Source of the DNA: Abditibacteriaceae bacterium | GTDB lineage: Bacteria > Armatimonadota > Abditibacteriia > Abditibacteriales > Abditibacteriaceae | Assembly (NCBI GenBank): GCA_965277285.1 | Contig: OZ255721.1 | Span: forward strand, 1,440,001 to 1,504,000 | DNA length: 64,000 nucleotides | Direction: 5' to 3' | Part shown: positions 28,882 to 37,578 of the stretch, one piece after another | Position numbering within the stretch: the stretch's first letter is position 1 | How the letters are laid out: each line of letters opens with the position of its first letter | The notes under the pieces: model-generated | What the model saw: only the letters and a program-made list of their open reading frames with translations | Databases searched by the model: none | What the model was told of the DNA's origin: nothing | Position numbers and translations under genes: made by a program

Positions 28882-29865
28882 ATGTTGCAAGACAATCACA
28901 ATCGCGTTTTGAGTTACCTTCGCATCAGCGTCACCGAGCGATGCAATTTTCGCTGCGTGTATTGTATGCCCGCCGAAGGTGTCGCGCTTTCGCCGCGCGA
29001 AGACATTTTGACCTTTGAAGAAATCGCGCGCGTGGCTCACGTCGGTGCAACGTTGGGTTTGTCGAAGATTCGCTTGACGGGCGGCGAACCGACCGTACGC
29101 CGCGATTTGCCGAAACTGGTCGCAATGCTCCGCGCCATCGACGGCATCCACGAAATCGCCATGACGACCAACGCCGCGCTTTTGGGCGAACTCGCGCGAC
29201 CTTTGAAAGATGCCGGAATGAATCGCGTCAACATTTCGCTGGACACTTTGCAACGCGAACGCATGAAAACTTTGTCGCGCCGCGATTTGTTTGATGACGT
29301 GATAAATGGCATTCGAGCCTCACACGACAACAGTTTGTCTCCCAAGTTCAACGCCGTCGTAATGCGCGGCTTGAACGATGACGAACTGCCGGATTTAGTC
29401 GAGTTCGCGCACAGTTACGGGGCGCAAATGCGTTTCATCGAATGGATGCCGATGGGCGCCGCGGGCTTGGACAAAAAGAATCGCTGGGTTTCAACCGAGG
29501 AAATGCTGCAACTTTTGCAATCGAGTACTCGATTTGATTTGGTGCGCGAAGACGGCGACGTAAGTGATCCGGCACGCGGCTGGATTTGTCGCAAAACGGG
29601 CGCGCGCATCGCCTTTATTTCTTCGATGAGCGACAGCTTTTGTGCGACCTGCAACCGCATGAGATTAACAGCCGAAGGCGGCCTGCGGCCGTGTTTGCAT
29701 CAGGACGCCGAAGTCGATGTGCGCGCCCTTTTGCGCAACAACGGCAGCGATAACGAACTCGAAAATGCCTTTCGCCAAGCCGTCGATTTGAAGTGGGCGG
29801 GCCATCACATGACAGATTTTATCCCGTTGTATAGCCGCAAAGACATGGTTTTAATCGGCGGATAA
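28882..29865 (+). CDS. moaA: GTP 3',8-cyclase MoaA (radical SAM)
   Basis: YLRISVTERCNFRCVYCMP, RLTGGEP, FCATCNRMRLTAEG..PCL, C-terminal IGG. Confidence 0.95.
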   Translation: MLQDNHNRVLSYLRISVTERCNFRCVYCMPAEGVALSPREDILTFEEIARVAHVGATLGLSKIRLTGGEPTVRRDLPKLVAMLRAIDGIHEIAMTTNAALLGELARPLKDAGMNRVNISLDTLQRERMKTLSRRDLFDDVINGIRASHDNSLSPKFNAVVMRGLNDDELPDLVEFAHSYGAQMRFIEWMPMGAAGLDKKNRWVSTEEMLQLLQSSTRFDLVREDGDVSDPARGWICRKTGARIAFISSMSDSFCATCNRMRLTAEGGLRPCLHQDAEVDVRALLRNNGSDNELENAFRQAVDLKWAGHHMTDFIPLYSRKDMVLIGG

Positions 29866-29870
29866 AGGAA

Positions 29871-29982
29871 TTCACCGCAGAGGACGCTGAGAACGCAGAG
29901 GAGAAAACGAGACGTTTCGAGTACTCGATCTCGTCGTTTCTTTTTCCTTTTTTCTCAGCGCTCTCAGCGTCCTCTGCGGTAA
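29871..29982. repeat. Intergenic inverted repeat with the iterated palindrome in its loop
   Basis: ACCGCAGAGGACGCTGAGA...TCTCAGCGTCCTCTGCGGT; TCGAGTACTCGA at 29917. Confidence 0.75.
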
Positions 29983-30001
29983 ATCCAACAGGAGATGAAC
30001 A

Positions 30002-30268
30002 ATGACAGACGAAAATATCGTTTTAGGTGATGAAATTGAGCCAGACGAATCGCGGACGCCGCAGGAATTTGCGCGCGATGAAATGTTGACGATTGAGCAA
30101 GCCGCCATTCGCGTTGGTTGTCCGGCGGCGCGCATCCGCGAATGGATTTCGTCTGGCCAGTTACAAACGCAAAGCGAAGGCTCGATCCAACGTATTTCAC
30201 GCCGCGAACTCGACCGACTGGGCAATCCTGACGATAAAGCGGCACAAGCCTTTGAAAGAAAAAATTAG
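30002..30268 (+). CDS. Excisionase-like/MerR-type HTH protein
   Basis: MLTIEQAA.RVG....IREWISSGQL...RISRRELDRL; RBS AGGAG. Confidence 0.75.
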   Translation: MTDENIVLGDEIEPDESRTPQEFARDEMLTIEQAAIRVGCPAARIREWISSGQLQTQSEGSIQRISRRELDRLGNPDDKAAQAFERKN

Positions 30269-30367
30269 CCACAAAGAACACAAAGAGAATCGAGTACTCA
30301 AAGACAAAATGTGTCGCTGTGACAGTGGCTTTCTCACTCTTTGTGTTCCTTGTGTTCTTTGTGGCTA
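30266..30367. repeat. Intergenic inverted repeat
   Basis: TAGCCACAAAGAACACAA...TTGTGTTCTTTGTGGCTA, with a near-palindrome copy at ~30290. Confidence 0.75.
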
Positions 30368-30388
30368 TAGCAATTAAGGAGCAAAGCG

Positions 30389-30847
30389 ATGACGAACGAA
30401 GACTTCGCCACGCAGATGATTGATGTCGGCGCGAAAAGCGAAACAACGCGCGAAGCGGTCGCGTGCGGCACCATTTCGATGACACACGAAACGTTGGAAA
30501 TGGTAAAATCAAGCACTTTGCCCAAGGGCAATGCGCTTGAAACAGCGCGCGTCGCAGCCATTATGGCGGCCAAAAATACGCCGCAAATCGTGCCTTTGTG
30601 CCATCCGCTCTTGATTTCACACGTTGGTTGCGAATTCAGTTTTGATGAAGAGCAAAACACGATTTGTGTTCAAACGCGCGTGCGTTGCGTTGGTAAAACC
30701 GGCGTCGAAATGGAAGCTTTGGCTGCTGCGAGCGTTGCGCTTTTAACGATTTACGACATGACCAAAGGTGTCGATAACACGCTGAAAATCCGCGACATTA
30801 TTCTGCTGGAAAAACGCGGCGGCAAAAGCGGCGATTGGATTCGCTGA
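30389..30847 (+). CDS. moaC: Cyclic pyranopterin monophosphate synthase MoaC
   Basis: MIDVGAK, PLCHPL, TGVEMEAL, TIYDMTK, LLEKRGGKSG. Confidence 0.95.
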   Translation: MTNEDFATQMIDVGAKSETTREAVACGTISMTHETLEMVKSSTLPKGNALETARVAAIMAAKNTPQIVPLCHPLLISHVGCEFSFDEEQNTICVQTRVRCVGKTGVEMEALAAASVALLTIYDMTKGVDNTLKIRDIILLEKRGGKSGDWIR

Positions 30848-30860
30848 GCCTCAATAAACC

Positions 30861-30900
30861 GACAGGGCGGCGGTTCTCTTTCGAGAATCGCCGCCCTGTT
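30861..30900. terminator. Hairpin terminator between convergent genes
   Basis: ACAGGGCGGCGGTTCTC-TTTC-GAGAATCGCCGCCCTGT. Confidence 0.7.
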
Positions 30901-30954
30901 AGTTAGCAAACACGTTTCTTGTTTGCTCATCGAGTTTTGTACGCCTTCGATGAC

Positions 30955-32916
30955 TTATGCGGCCTGACTTCCCGAGCCAGAGATCGAGATATAACCGTTG
31001 GTGAGGTTGCCACCAGCATTGTAGTAGGGCGTCAAGCTGCCCGGCTTGTAAAGCTGCACGCTGAAGGTGTCGCTCGAGCCCAAGTTGTGCGTCACGGTCA
31101 CTACAAAGGCGATAACTTGGGCGTTCGGCTGCTTGCCGAGCGTGTAAACACCCGAGAAGGTGGCGCTGGTTCCGGCGTTGTTGAAGGTCAGGCTTTGAAT
31201 TGCCGTACCCACAATCGTCGGGCCGCCGTTGCGCGAGAAGGTAAAGGTTCCGGTGGCTTGCGGGCCGCCGTTCACCGTCGTGGCGCTGAACCCAAAGTTG
31301 CCGCGATTGTTGCCCGCGGTGTTGATGGTGCCATAACCCGATACCTGACCGTTGAGAGCGATTGCTGTTGTGACTGTCGTCGTGACGGGAGGGCCAGGAA
31401 TGGGAGCGACGCCGCTGGCTTCAATGGTGTAGCCGCTGTTGGTAATGGTCGCGCCCTGAGCGGCTGTGATGTGAACCGTGAAGGACACGGTTTGCGAACT
31501 GATGTTGCCGTTCACCACGCCGACGTTGAACACAACGCTGCCATTGGAAAGCGTGCCGCCATTGGTCGCTGAAATGAACGTCGTGCCCGCAGGCAGAGGA
31601 TCGCGGATGATGACGCTGCTCGCATTGACGCTGCCGGTATTGGCATAAGTCAGCGTATAAGTCAGCGTGCCGTTGGATGCAGCGGTTGCTGGCGCGCTTT
31701 TCGTGATGGTCAGGCCAGGCGCGAGACCCGGCGGCTCAAAGCGCACCGAACCGGTACCGCGTCCAATGTTTGTTGATGCCACAGGAACATAGTAGGTTGT
31801 TGCACCGACTGCCGTAAAGGGCGCGCGAACGAAGATCGGTGCTTCGCTTCCAGAGTCGTTGCCCGTGATGATCGCGGTCTGGCTGTCGGCGCTGATACCG
31901 ACATCTTCAAAGCCTTCAGTTCCTGTTGGCAAAGGCAAGGTGTCCACGTTCGAGGACGCCGTAAAGGGCGCGCTGATGGCAAAGGCGTTGTGAGATTCCG
32001 CATCGACAACCAGCGCTTTGGTGCTATCTGGTGTGACCATGATGCCGTCTAAGCCTGAGGCGCCAGTGACGGCGAGCGTAGCAGGCGTGCTGGACGCGGA
32101 AAGCGGCGCCGAGAAAATATTGATGGTGTCGGTCAGGTTCGTTGCCAGCAAAGTATTGCCGTCCGGTGAGATGCCGATGGCGCCGCCATTGCCATTGCTG
32201 ACAGGAATGGTGAAAGCAATGGACGTATAAGGCGCATCGAGTACGGAAATGCCTGTCGTGGTGTAAACGAAAGCGCGTCCGGCATTATTAAAAACGATGC
32301 CTTGTGTTTGGCCATAGGCGATGCCTTGTGTTTGGCCGTGGTCGATGTTGGCAGTGGTTGGCAAGGCGACTTTAGTGATGGAAGAAGACGCATTAAACGG
32401 GCCATGAATGACGTTAACAAAGCCGTTGTTGTTCGCAACCAGCGCCGTATTGCGGTCAGGTGCCACCGCGATGGTGCCACCGCCATAGTAACCGACGGTT
32501 GAAGCATCGATAGTTGCCAGTAAGGTCGCCGTCGAAACCTGAATCACGAAGATGCGCGCACTGGTACTGCTGGAGACGAGCGCGTTGTCGCTACCGTAAA
32601 AAGAAACGCCCTCCGGCTTGGCGTCCGCTGGCAGACCTGACACCAGCTTTTGTGTCGGTGTCGGCGACTGACTGGCATTTGGATAAACAACGATCTGGTT
32701 GCTCGTGTCAAGCGCCGTTAAAATGGCGGGTTGTGGGTTGGACGGAACAGCCTGCGCTGGCTGCACCTCCAGGAAACTCAGGCTCGTCAGCAAAACAGCG
32801 AGGAGAATGAATGCTCGATGGAACGATGGGAAAATCGTTTGTGGCATGGAGTGTGCGAATTTTCCAAATGCCCTGCGTGGAACAGTGCGACGCGAAGTCG
32901 CTGTCGGATCAGTCAT
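30955..32916 (-). CDS. Secreted protein: beta-propeller-like region, DUF11 domain, shared C-terminal beta domain
   Basis: Signal peptide ending AQA; repeats IAVAPD/IGISPDG/VTPDS; DUF11-like LTITKSAP..LTYTLTY.NTG..A..VIIRDPLPAGTTF. Confidence 0.8.
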   Translation of the reverse strand: MTDPTATSRRTVPRRAFGKFAHSMPQTIFPSFHRAFILLAVLLTSLSFLEVQPAQAVPSNPQPAILTALDTSNQIVVYPNASQSPTPTQKLVSGLPADAKPEGVSFYGSDNALVSSSTSARIFVIQVSTATLLATIDASTVGYYGGGTIAVAPDRNTALVANNNGFVNVIHGPFNASSSITKVALPTTANIDHGQTQGIAYGQTQGIVFNNAGRAFVYTTTGISVLDAPYTSIAFTIPVSNGNGGAIGISPDGNTLLATNLTDTINIFSAPLSASSTPATLAVTGASGLDGIMVTPDSTKALVVDAESHNAFAISAPFTASSNVDTLPLPTGTEGFEDVGISADSQTAIITGNDSGSEAPIFVRAPFTAVGATTYYVPVASTNIGRGTGSVRFEPPGLAPGLTITKSAPATAASNGTLTYTLTYANTGSVNASSVIIRDPLPAGTTFISATNGGTLSNGSVVFNVGVVNGNISSQTVSFTVHITAAQGATITNSGYTIEASGVAPIPGPPVTTTVTTAIALNGQVSGYGTINTAGNNRGNFGFSATTVNGGPQATGTFTFSRNGGPTIVGTAIQSLTFNNAGTSATFSGVYTLGKQPNAQVIAFVVTVTHNLGSSDTFSVQLYKPGSLTPYYNAGGNLTNGYISISGSGSQAA

Positions 32917-33289
32917 AGGATGCCTTCCTTTGGTTGTTTGTCCTTGTCATTTGTCCTTGTGACATATTGCGACACGGAGAATAGATGTCTTCTGCTGCGG
33001 TGTGCGCTGTTTGATACCTCCTGCTCTCTGCTACGAAATATTATAGTGCGTCTCTTGCTGAGCAGTATAAGCCCTTTGACCTGTATCGAACGGAAGTCAA
33101 AACTCTCAAAGCAGCAAAAGCCGCCAATCGAGTACTCGAAGACAAGAAAGCCGCGCCATTCATTACACAGTCATGCCAAAAGTTTGTGCGCCGCTGTTGC
33201 TGGTGACGACAGTGGAGGATACCCGCGACGTTTACTGGATGGAAAACGTCGCGGCAAAAGCGGCGATTGGATTCGCTGAGTCTCAATAA

Positions 33290-33336
33290 GATAACGAGGC
33301 GGCAATTCTCTTTCGAGAATTGCCGCCTCGTTATCT
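33290..33336 (-). terminator. Hairpin terminator, paralogous to 30861-30900
   Basis: GATAACGAGGCGGCAATTCTC-TTTC-GAGAATTGCCGCCTCGTTATC. Confidence 0.7.
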
Positions 33337-33364
33337 TATCTGAATCGAGTACTCGAAGTGTCTG

Positions 33365-35821
33365 CTACCGATCCTGAGTAGGAGCCGGTGAGATTGTAAT
33401 GGAACCGCGTGTCAGCGGGCCACTCGCGCTGTAGTACAAACTATGGTCACGCGCGCGATACACCTGAAGGCTGAAGGTGTCAGTGGAACCTGCGTTGTGC
33501 GTCACGGTCACCACAAAGTTCGTCATCGTGGCGCCTGGTTGCTTGCCGAAGGTGTAAGTGCCGGTGAAGGTCGCGCTGGTGCCACTGCTGTTGATGGTCA
33601 AAGTTTGCACCTGGGCATAAATGATCACCGCGCCATCGTAGCGCGCGTAGGTGAAGATGCCCTGAGCTTGTGGCCCGCCATTGACATTCGAGACATCAAA
33701 GGCGAACTTGCCTTTCCTGTTGCCTGCCGCGTTGATGGTGCCGCTACCAAAGACACGACCGTTGAAAGGCAGCGGAGCACTGACGGTGATCGAAACGCTG
33801 GTGCTGGCGGTTCCACCATGTCCGTTGCTGATGGTGTAAGTGAAGCTGTCGCTGCCACTGTAACCTTCATTGGGCGTGTAGAACACCTGCGTGCTGCTAA
33901 ACGTAACTGTGCCATGTTGCGGTTGCGTCACGGAAACCACACTCAGCGCAAAGTGGTTGGGGTCACTGTCGTTGGCCAGCACGTTGATCGCTGTGCTGCC
34001 GCTGTTGAGCGCGACAGTGGCGTTGTCGGGATTAGCAAAGGGTGGCGCAGCAACCGGTGTTGGAGTCGGCGTGGGCGTGTGTGTCGGCGTTGGCGTCGGT
34101 GTGGAAGTTGGCGTTGGCGTCGGCGTGTGTGTCGGCGTTGGTGTTGCAGTTGGTGTTGGCGTGGCCGTCGGTGTCGGTGTCGGTGTTGGTGTTGGTGTTG
34201 GCGTTGCATCTGTCACAATTGTTGTGACGGGCGGTCCGTAAATGGGGGCGACGCCGTCGGCCATAATGGTATAGCCACTGTTGGTAATCGTTGCGCCTTG
34301 AGCGGCTGTAACATGAACTGTGAAGGACACGGTTTGCGGACCCGAGTTGTGGGCGACCGTGCCTACACCAAACTGGATGTTGCCGCCATTGGGAAGCGTG
34401 CCATAAGTTGTTCCGGCAGGCAGTGGATCGGTGATAATGACGTTGGTTTCGTCGAAGTTGCCGGTGTTGGAATAGGTCAGGGTGTAAGTCAGGTCGGAGC
34501 CGGAGGCGACCGAAGTCGCAGCGCTTTTCGTGATGGTCAAACCGGGCGCGAGACCAGCCGGCTCGAAGCGAACGGAACCGTTGCCGCGTCCGCTGGGCGT
34601 CGCATTATTGATGGTAACATAATTGGTCGTTGCACCGCCGGCTGTGAAAGGCGCATGGATAAAGATGGGCGGCTCGTTGTTTGATGGGACATGGGCGGGC
34701 TGATCGGACACATCGTCGTTACCGGTGATGATCGCGGTCTGGCTATCGGCGCTGATGCCGACATCTTCAAAACCTTCGGTTCCCAATGGCAATCGTATGC
34801 CATCTATAGTCGAAGAGGAAGAAAAGGGCGCCTTAATGAAATAAGCAAAGCGCGTAGTCCCTGAAGGTACTGCACTTGAAGCGACAACCAGAGCAGTCTT
34901 GCCGTCCGGTGCCACCATGATACCGTTCAAGCCCAGACCCTGGGTGGAGCTACTCACGGTCAAAAACGTTGGTGTTGGCAAGTGGGATGGGGAAGCGGAA
35001 TTCACGCCAGTCAGAACATCGACGCCGTTACCGGTGCCAACGAGAGTGGTCAGCAAGGTGTTCCCATCCGGCGTGATGCCGATACTGCCGCTGGCGTAGG
35101 CGTTGGATACCGGAATGTTAAAAGCAAGCGACGTATAAGGCGCATCGAGTACTGAAATGTCGCCCATACTGTGAGCCGCATCGTAATTGTAAACGAAGGC
35201 GCGTCCGGCGCTGTTGAAGACAATCGCCTGAGTTTCGCGTCCGGCAATCGTGCCCGGCAACGCCACTTTGGTGATGGTCGAAGACGAATTGAACGGGCCG
35301 TGAATGACGTAAACGTTATTGTCATTACCGGAACGACTGCCCGAAGCCAGCGCCGTGTTGCGGTCGGGCGCGACCGCGATGGTTCCCGCTCCGTCATAAC
35401 CGGCGCCCGAAGTGTCGATAACGTCCGTCACTGTCGCGCTTGAGACCTGCAAAACCAAAACGCGAAAGTGATCGATATCGGCGATAAGGGCATTGTCGCT
35501 GCCGTAGAAAGAAACGCCCTGCGGAAAGATGTTGGGATAAGGCGTGTTGGCCAGAATCGAAGTCGATGCGGCCACCTGTGCTGGCGTCGGCGTCTGGCTC
35601 GCATTGGGATAAACGATGATCTGGTTGCCCCGGCTGAGTGTCGTTAAAACCGCCGGTTGCGGATTGGAAACTGTTTGCGCTCGCGCCGGTTGCGCGCTGA
35701 TGAAGCCCAAACTTACTAACAAAATGGCGAGCAGAACGAGTACTCGAATGAACGACGGAACGGATGTTTGAATGGCAGTGCAGGAAACGATGCGATGCGA
35801 TGTCGCTGTCGGCTGATTCAT
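33365..35821 (-). CDS. Paralog of 30955-32916 with an added Pro/Thr linker and Ig-like (Big_9-type) domain
   Basis: Same propeller, DUF11 and C-terminal domains; (TP)n linker; INVLANDSDP..YTP..GYSGSDSFTYTISNGHGG; start 35821 chosen from the RBS and paralog alignment. Confidence 0.82.
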   Translation of the reverse strand: MNQPTATSHRIVSCTAIQTSVPSFIRVLVLLAILLVSLGFISAQPARAQTVSNPQPAVLTTLSRGNQIIVYPNASQTPTPAQVAASTSILANTPYPNIFPQGVSFYGSDNALIADIDHFRVLVLQVSSATVTDVIDTSGAGYDGAGTIAVAPDRNTALASGSRSGNDNNVYVIHGPFNSSSTITKVALPGTIAGRETQAIVFNSAGRAFVYNYDAAHSMGDISVLDAPYTSLAFNIPVSNAYASGSIGITPDGNTLLTTLVGTGNGVDVLTGVNSASPSHLPTPTFLTVSSSTQGLGLNGIMVAPDGKTALVVASSAVPSGTTRFAYFIKAPFSSSSTIDGIRLPLGTEGFEDVGISADSQTAIITGNDDVSDQPAHVPSNNEPPIFIHAPFTAGGATTNYVTINNATPSGRGNGSVRFEPAGLAPGLTITKSAATSVASGSDLTYTLTYSNTGNFDETNVIITDPLPAGTTYGTLPNGGNIQFGVGTVAHNSGPQTVSFTVHVTAAQGATITNSGYTIMADGVAPIYGPPVTTIVTDATPTPTPTPTPTPTATPTPTATPTPTHTPTPTPTSTPTPTPTHTPTPTPTPVAAPPFANPDNATVALNSGSTAINVLANDSDPNHFALSVVSVTQPQHGTVTFSSTQVFYTPNEGYSGSDSFTYTISNGHGGTASTSVSITVSAPLPFNGRVFGSGTINAAGNRKGKFAFDVSNVNGGPQAQGIFTYARYDGAVIIYAQVQTLTINSSGTSATFTGTYTFGKQPGATMTNFVVTVTHNAGSTDTFSLQVYRARDHSLYYSASGPLTRGSITISPAPTQDR

Positions 35822-36077
35822 AGGAAGACCTTCCTTGTCGATTGTCGGACTCTTGTCCGGTTTCACAGCGTGAGACGATGTTACTGATAAGAATGTCGGG
35901 AATGGTGAAAGAATGGCGAGCGGCTAAAAATGACACCTCCTGTTCTTTAACTGCGACACATTGTAACCGCGCTTCTGGCTGAGGCATATAGGTCGTTTGA
36001 CCTATATGAAAGAGAGTGATTGAGCGCTTTCACTCGAAAAACTGGACATCGAGTACTCGATAAAAACACCGGGCGCT

Positions 36078-37259
36078 TCAATCGGGGAAATCGGTTTCGT
36101 GCTTCATCCATTGTCGTGCGCGATGAGCTGCGGCGACGCGACCTGCGACGCCCATTTTGGTATAAATCGCTTCCAGATGGCGTTTCACGGTATGAGAACT
36201 CACTCCCATCTCAAGCGCGATTTGCTCGTTGTTTTGTCCGCGCGCCAAATGCCACAACACTTCGCTTTGGCGGCGCGTCAGGCCATGCGCCATTAACGAT
36301 TGGATGAGGAAGTCGAACGGCGCGCTTTGCAATTCAATCGCTTCTTCTAAAAGCAAGAGCGTTTGGCCTTCGATATGTTCGCCGCAACGCACGAGCAAGG
36401 TTCGGTAGGCGTGCTGTATTCGTAAAGGCGTGAAAGTCGTGCTGGTCAATAACAGAAATTGATGCGCCGCGTGGGATCGCAAGTTGTCATGAAGCCATTG
36501 GGCGATGACGGCGGGCGCGCGGTTTTCGATGGCTCCAAAGTAACAGCTTAAAAGCTGTCGAGCGCGGTCGCTGCAAAAGACAAGGCGGCCATTGTCGCGT
36601 ACAACGAGTACTCGATTCGGCTCGTTTTCCTGTCGTGATGGCACTTCGAGACGCCACGCAGTGTCTGGCTCGCTTTGTTGATTTTGGTTTTGAGCTTGAT
36701 TTTTCAGACGCGTCCAGGCGACGGCATTGGCGTGCGCTTGCACCAGATGAGGCCGCAACAGTTCGAGCAAAGCGCGATCTCGCTGCGAAAAGGAACGGCG
36801 CGCACGATTGAGCGCGATGCCAAAAATCCACGGCGCTTCGTTTTTCAAGCCGATGGCCATTTGGTCTTCAATGCTCAGAGGTCGAAAGAACTCATTGTAA
36901 ATCGCGGTTTGATGCCAGTCTCGGCGCGAAAGCAAATCGGAAATCGCGGTCGACGCGTTGTCCTGCTTTTGCGAGAAACGCGCGATGAGTGGATGTTCCG
37001 ACAAAAAAGGCTCCAGCTTTTCGCTCAACTGCTCGGCTGTGTAGGAATCGGGCGAGATCAAGCCGACGATGCGTCCTTCGTCCAGGCAGACCTCGTTGTA
37101 AGACGCCATGTCCGAGCCGATGAGTTCGTCCAGACAGCTTAAAACGACGCGCGGAAAGTCTTCCAAATCGCGTGTCGCGTATATGTCGCGCAAAGTTTCG
37201 TGCAAACGTTGATGATCAGAACCAGAAAGCGTACTCATTGCAACTTCCGTAAGAAGCAA
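36078..37259 (-). CDS. LuxR-family HTH regulator with an N-terminal GAF-like region
   Basis: C-terminal GLTRRQSEVLWHLARGQNNEQIALEMGVSSHTVKRHLEAIYTKMGV. Confidence 0.88.
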   Translation of the reverse strand: MLLTEVAMSTLSGSDHQRLHETLRDIYATRDLEDFPRVVLSCLDELIGSDMASYNEVCLDEGRIVGLISPDSYTAEQLSEKLEPFLSEHPLIARFSQKQDNASTAISDLLSRRDWHQTAIYNEFFRPLSIEDQMAIGLKNEAPWIFGIALNRARRSFSQRDRALLELLRPHLVQAHANAVAWTRLKNQAQNQNQQSEPDTAWRLEVPSRQENEPNRVLVVRDNGRLVFCSDRARQLLSCYFGAIENRAPAVIAQWLHDNLRSHAAHQFLLLTSTTFTPLRIQHAYRTLLVRCGEHIEGQTLLLLEEAIELQSAPFDFLIQSLMAHGLTRRQSEVLWHLARGQNNEQIALEMGVSSHTVKRHLEAIYTKMGVAGRVAAAHRARQWMKHETDFPD

Positions 37260-37578
37260 GATGAACTGCCTTCATAGTAACCGATAAAGGGTTGTCCTGT
37301 CACTATCAACTGCGTGACAAAAACACTGTCAATTGCGGCACAGCCTCCTCACTATAGTACAGAGCCACGCGCCACAAAATCTCACGCGACACAACGCTGC
37401 GCATGCGCTTCGAGTACTCGAAAGACGCTAATACAAACGCGAAAAAGCCGGAATGCGTGGTTTGCATTCCGGCTTCAGATTTTGCGTCAAGCAAAGAAGT
37501 TTTGGTGGCTCAGGATCGAACGATCTAAGCAAGAACCCCGAGCGTCAGCGACGCACGCGATTGAGCCATTACCGAAAT

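Noticed and set aside
32731..33279. 182-aa ORF ending RGKSGDWIR as a second moaC
   Set aside because: Only the last few codons match moaC, from the duplicated segment; the rest has no similarity.
34053..34205. Low-complexity GGTGTT/GGCGT repeats
   Set aside because: They encode an ordinary Pro/Thr linker in the secreted protein.
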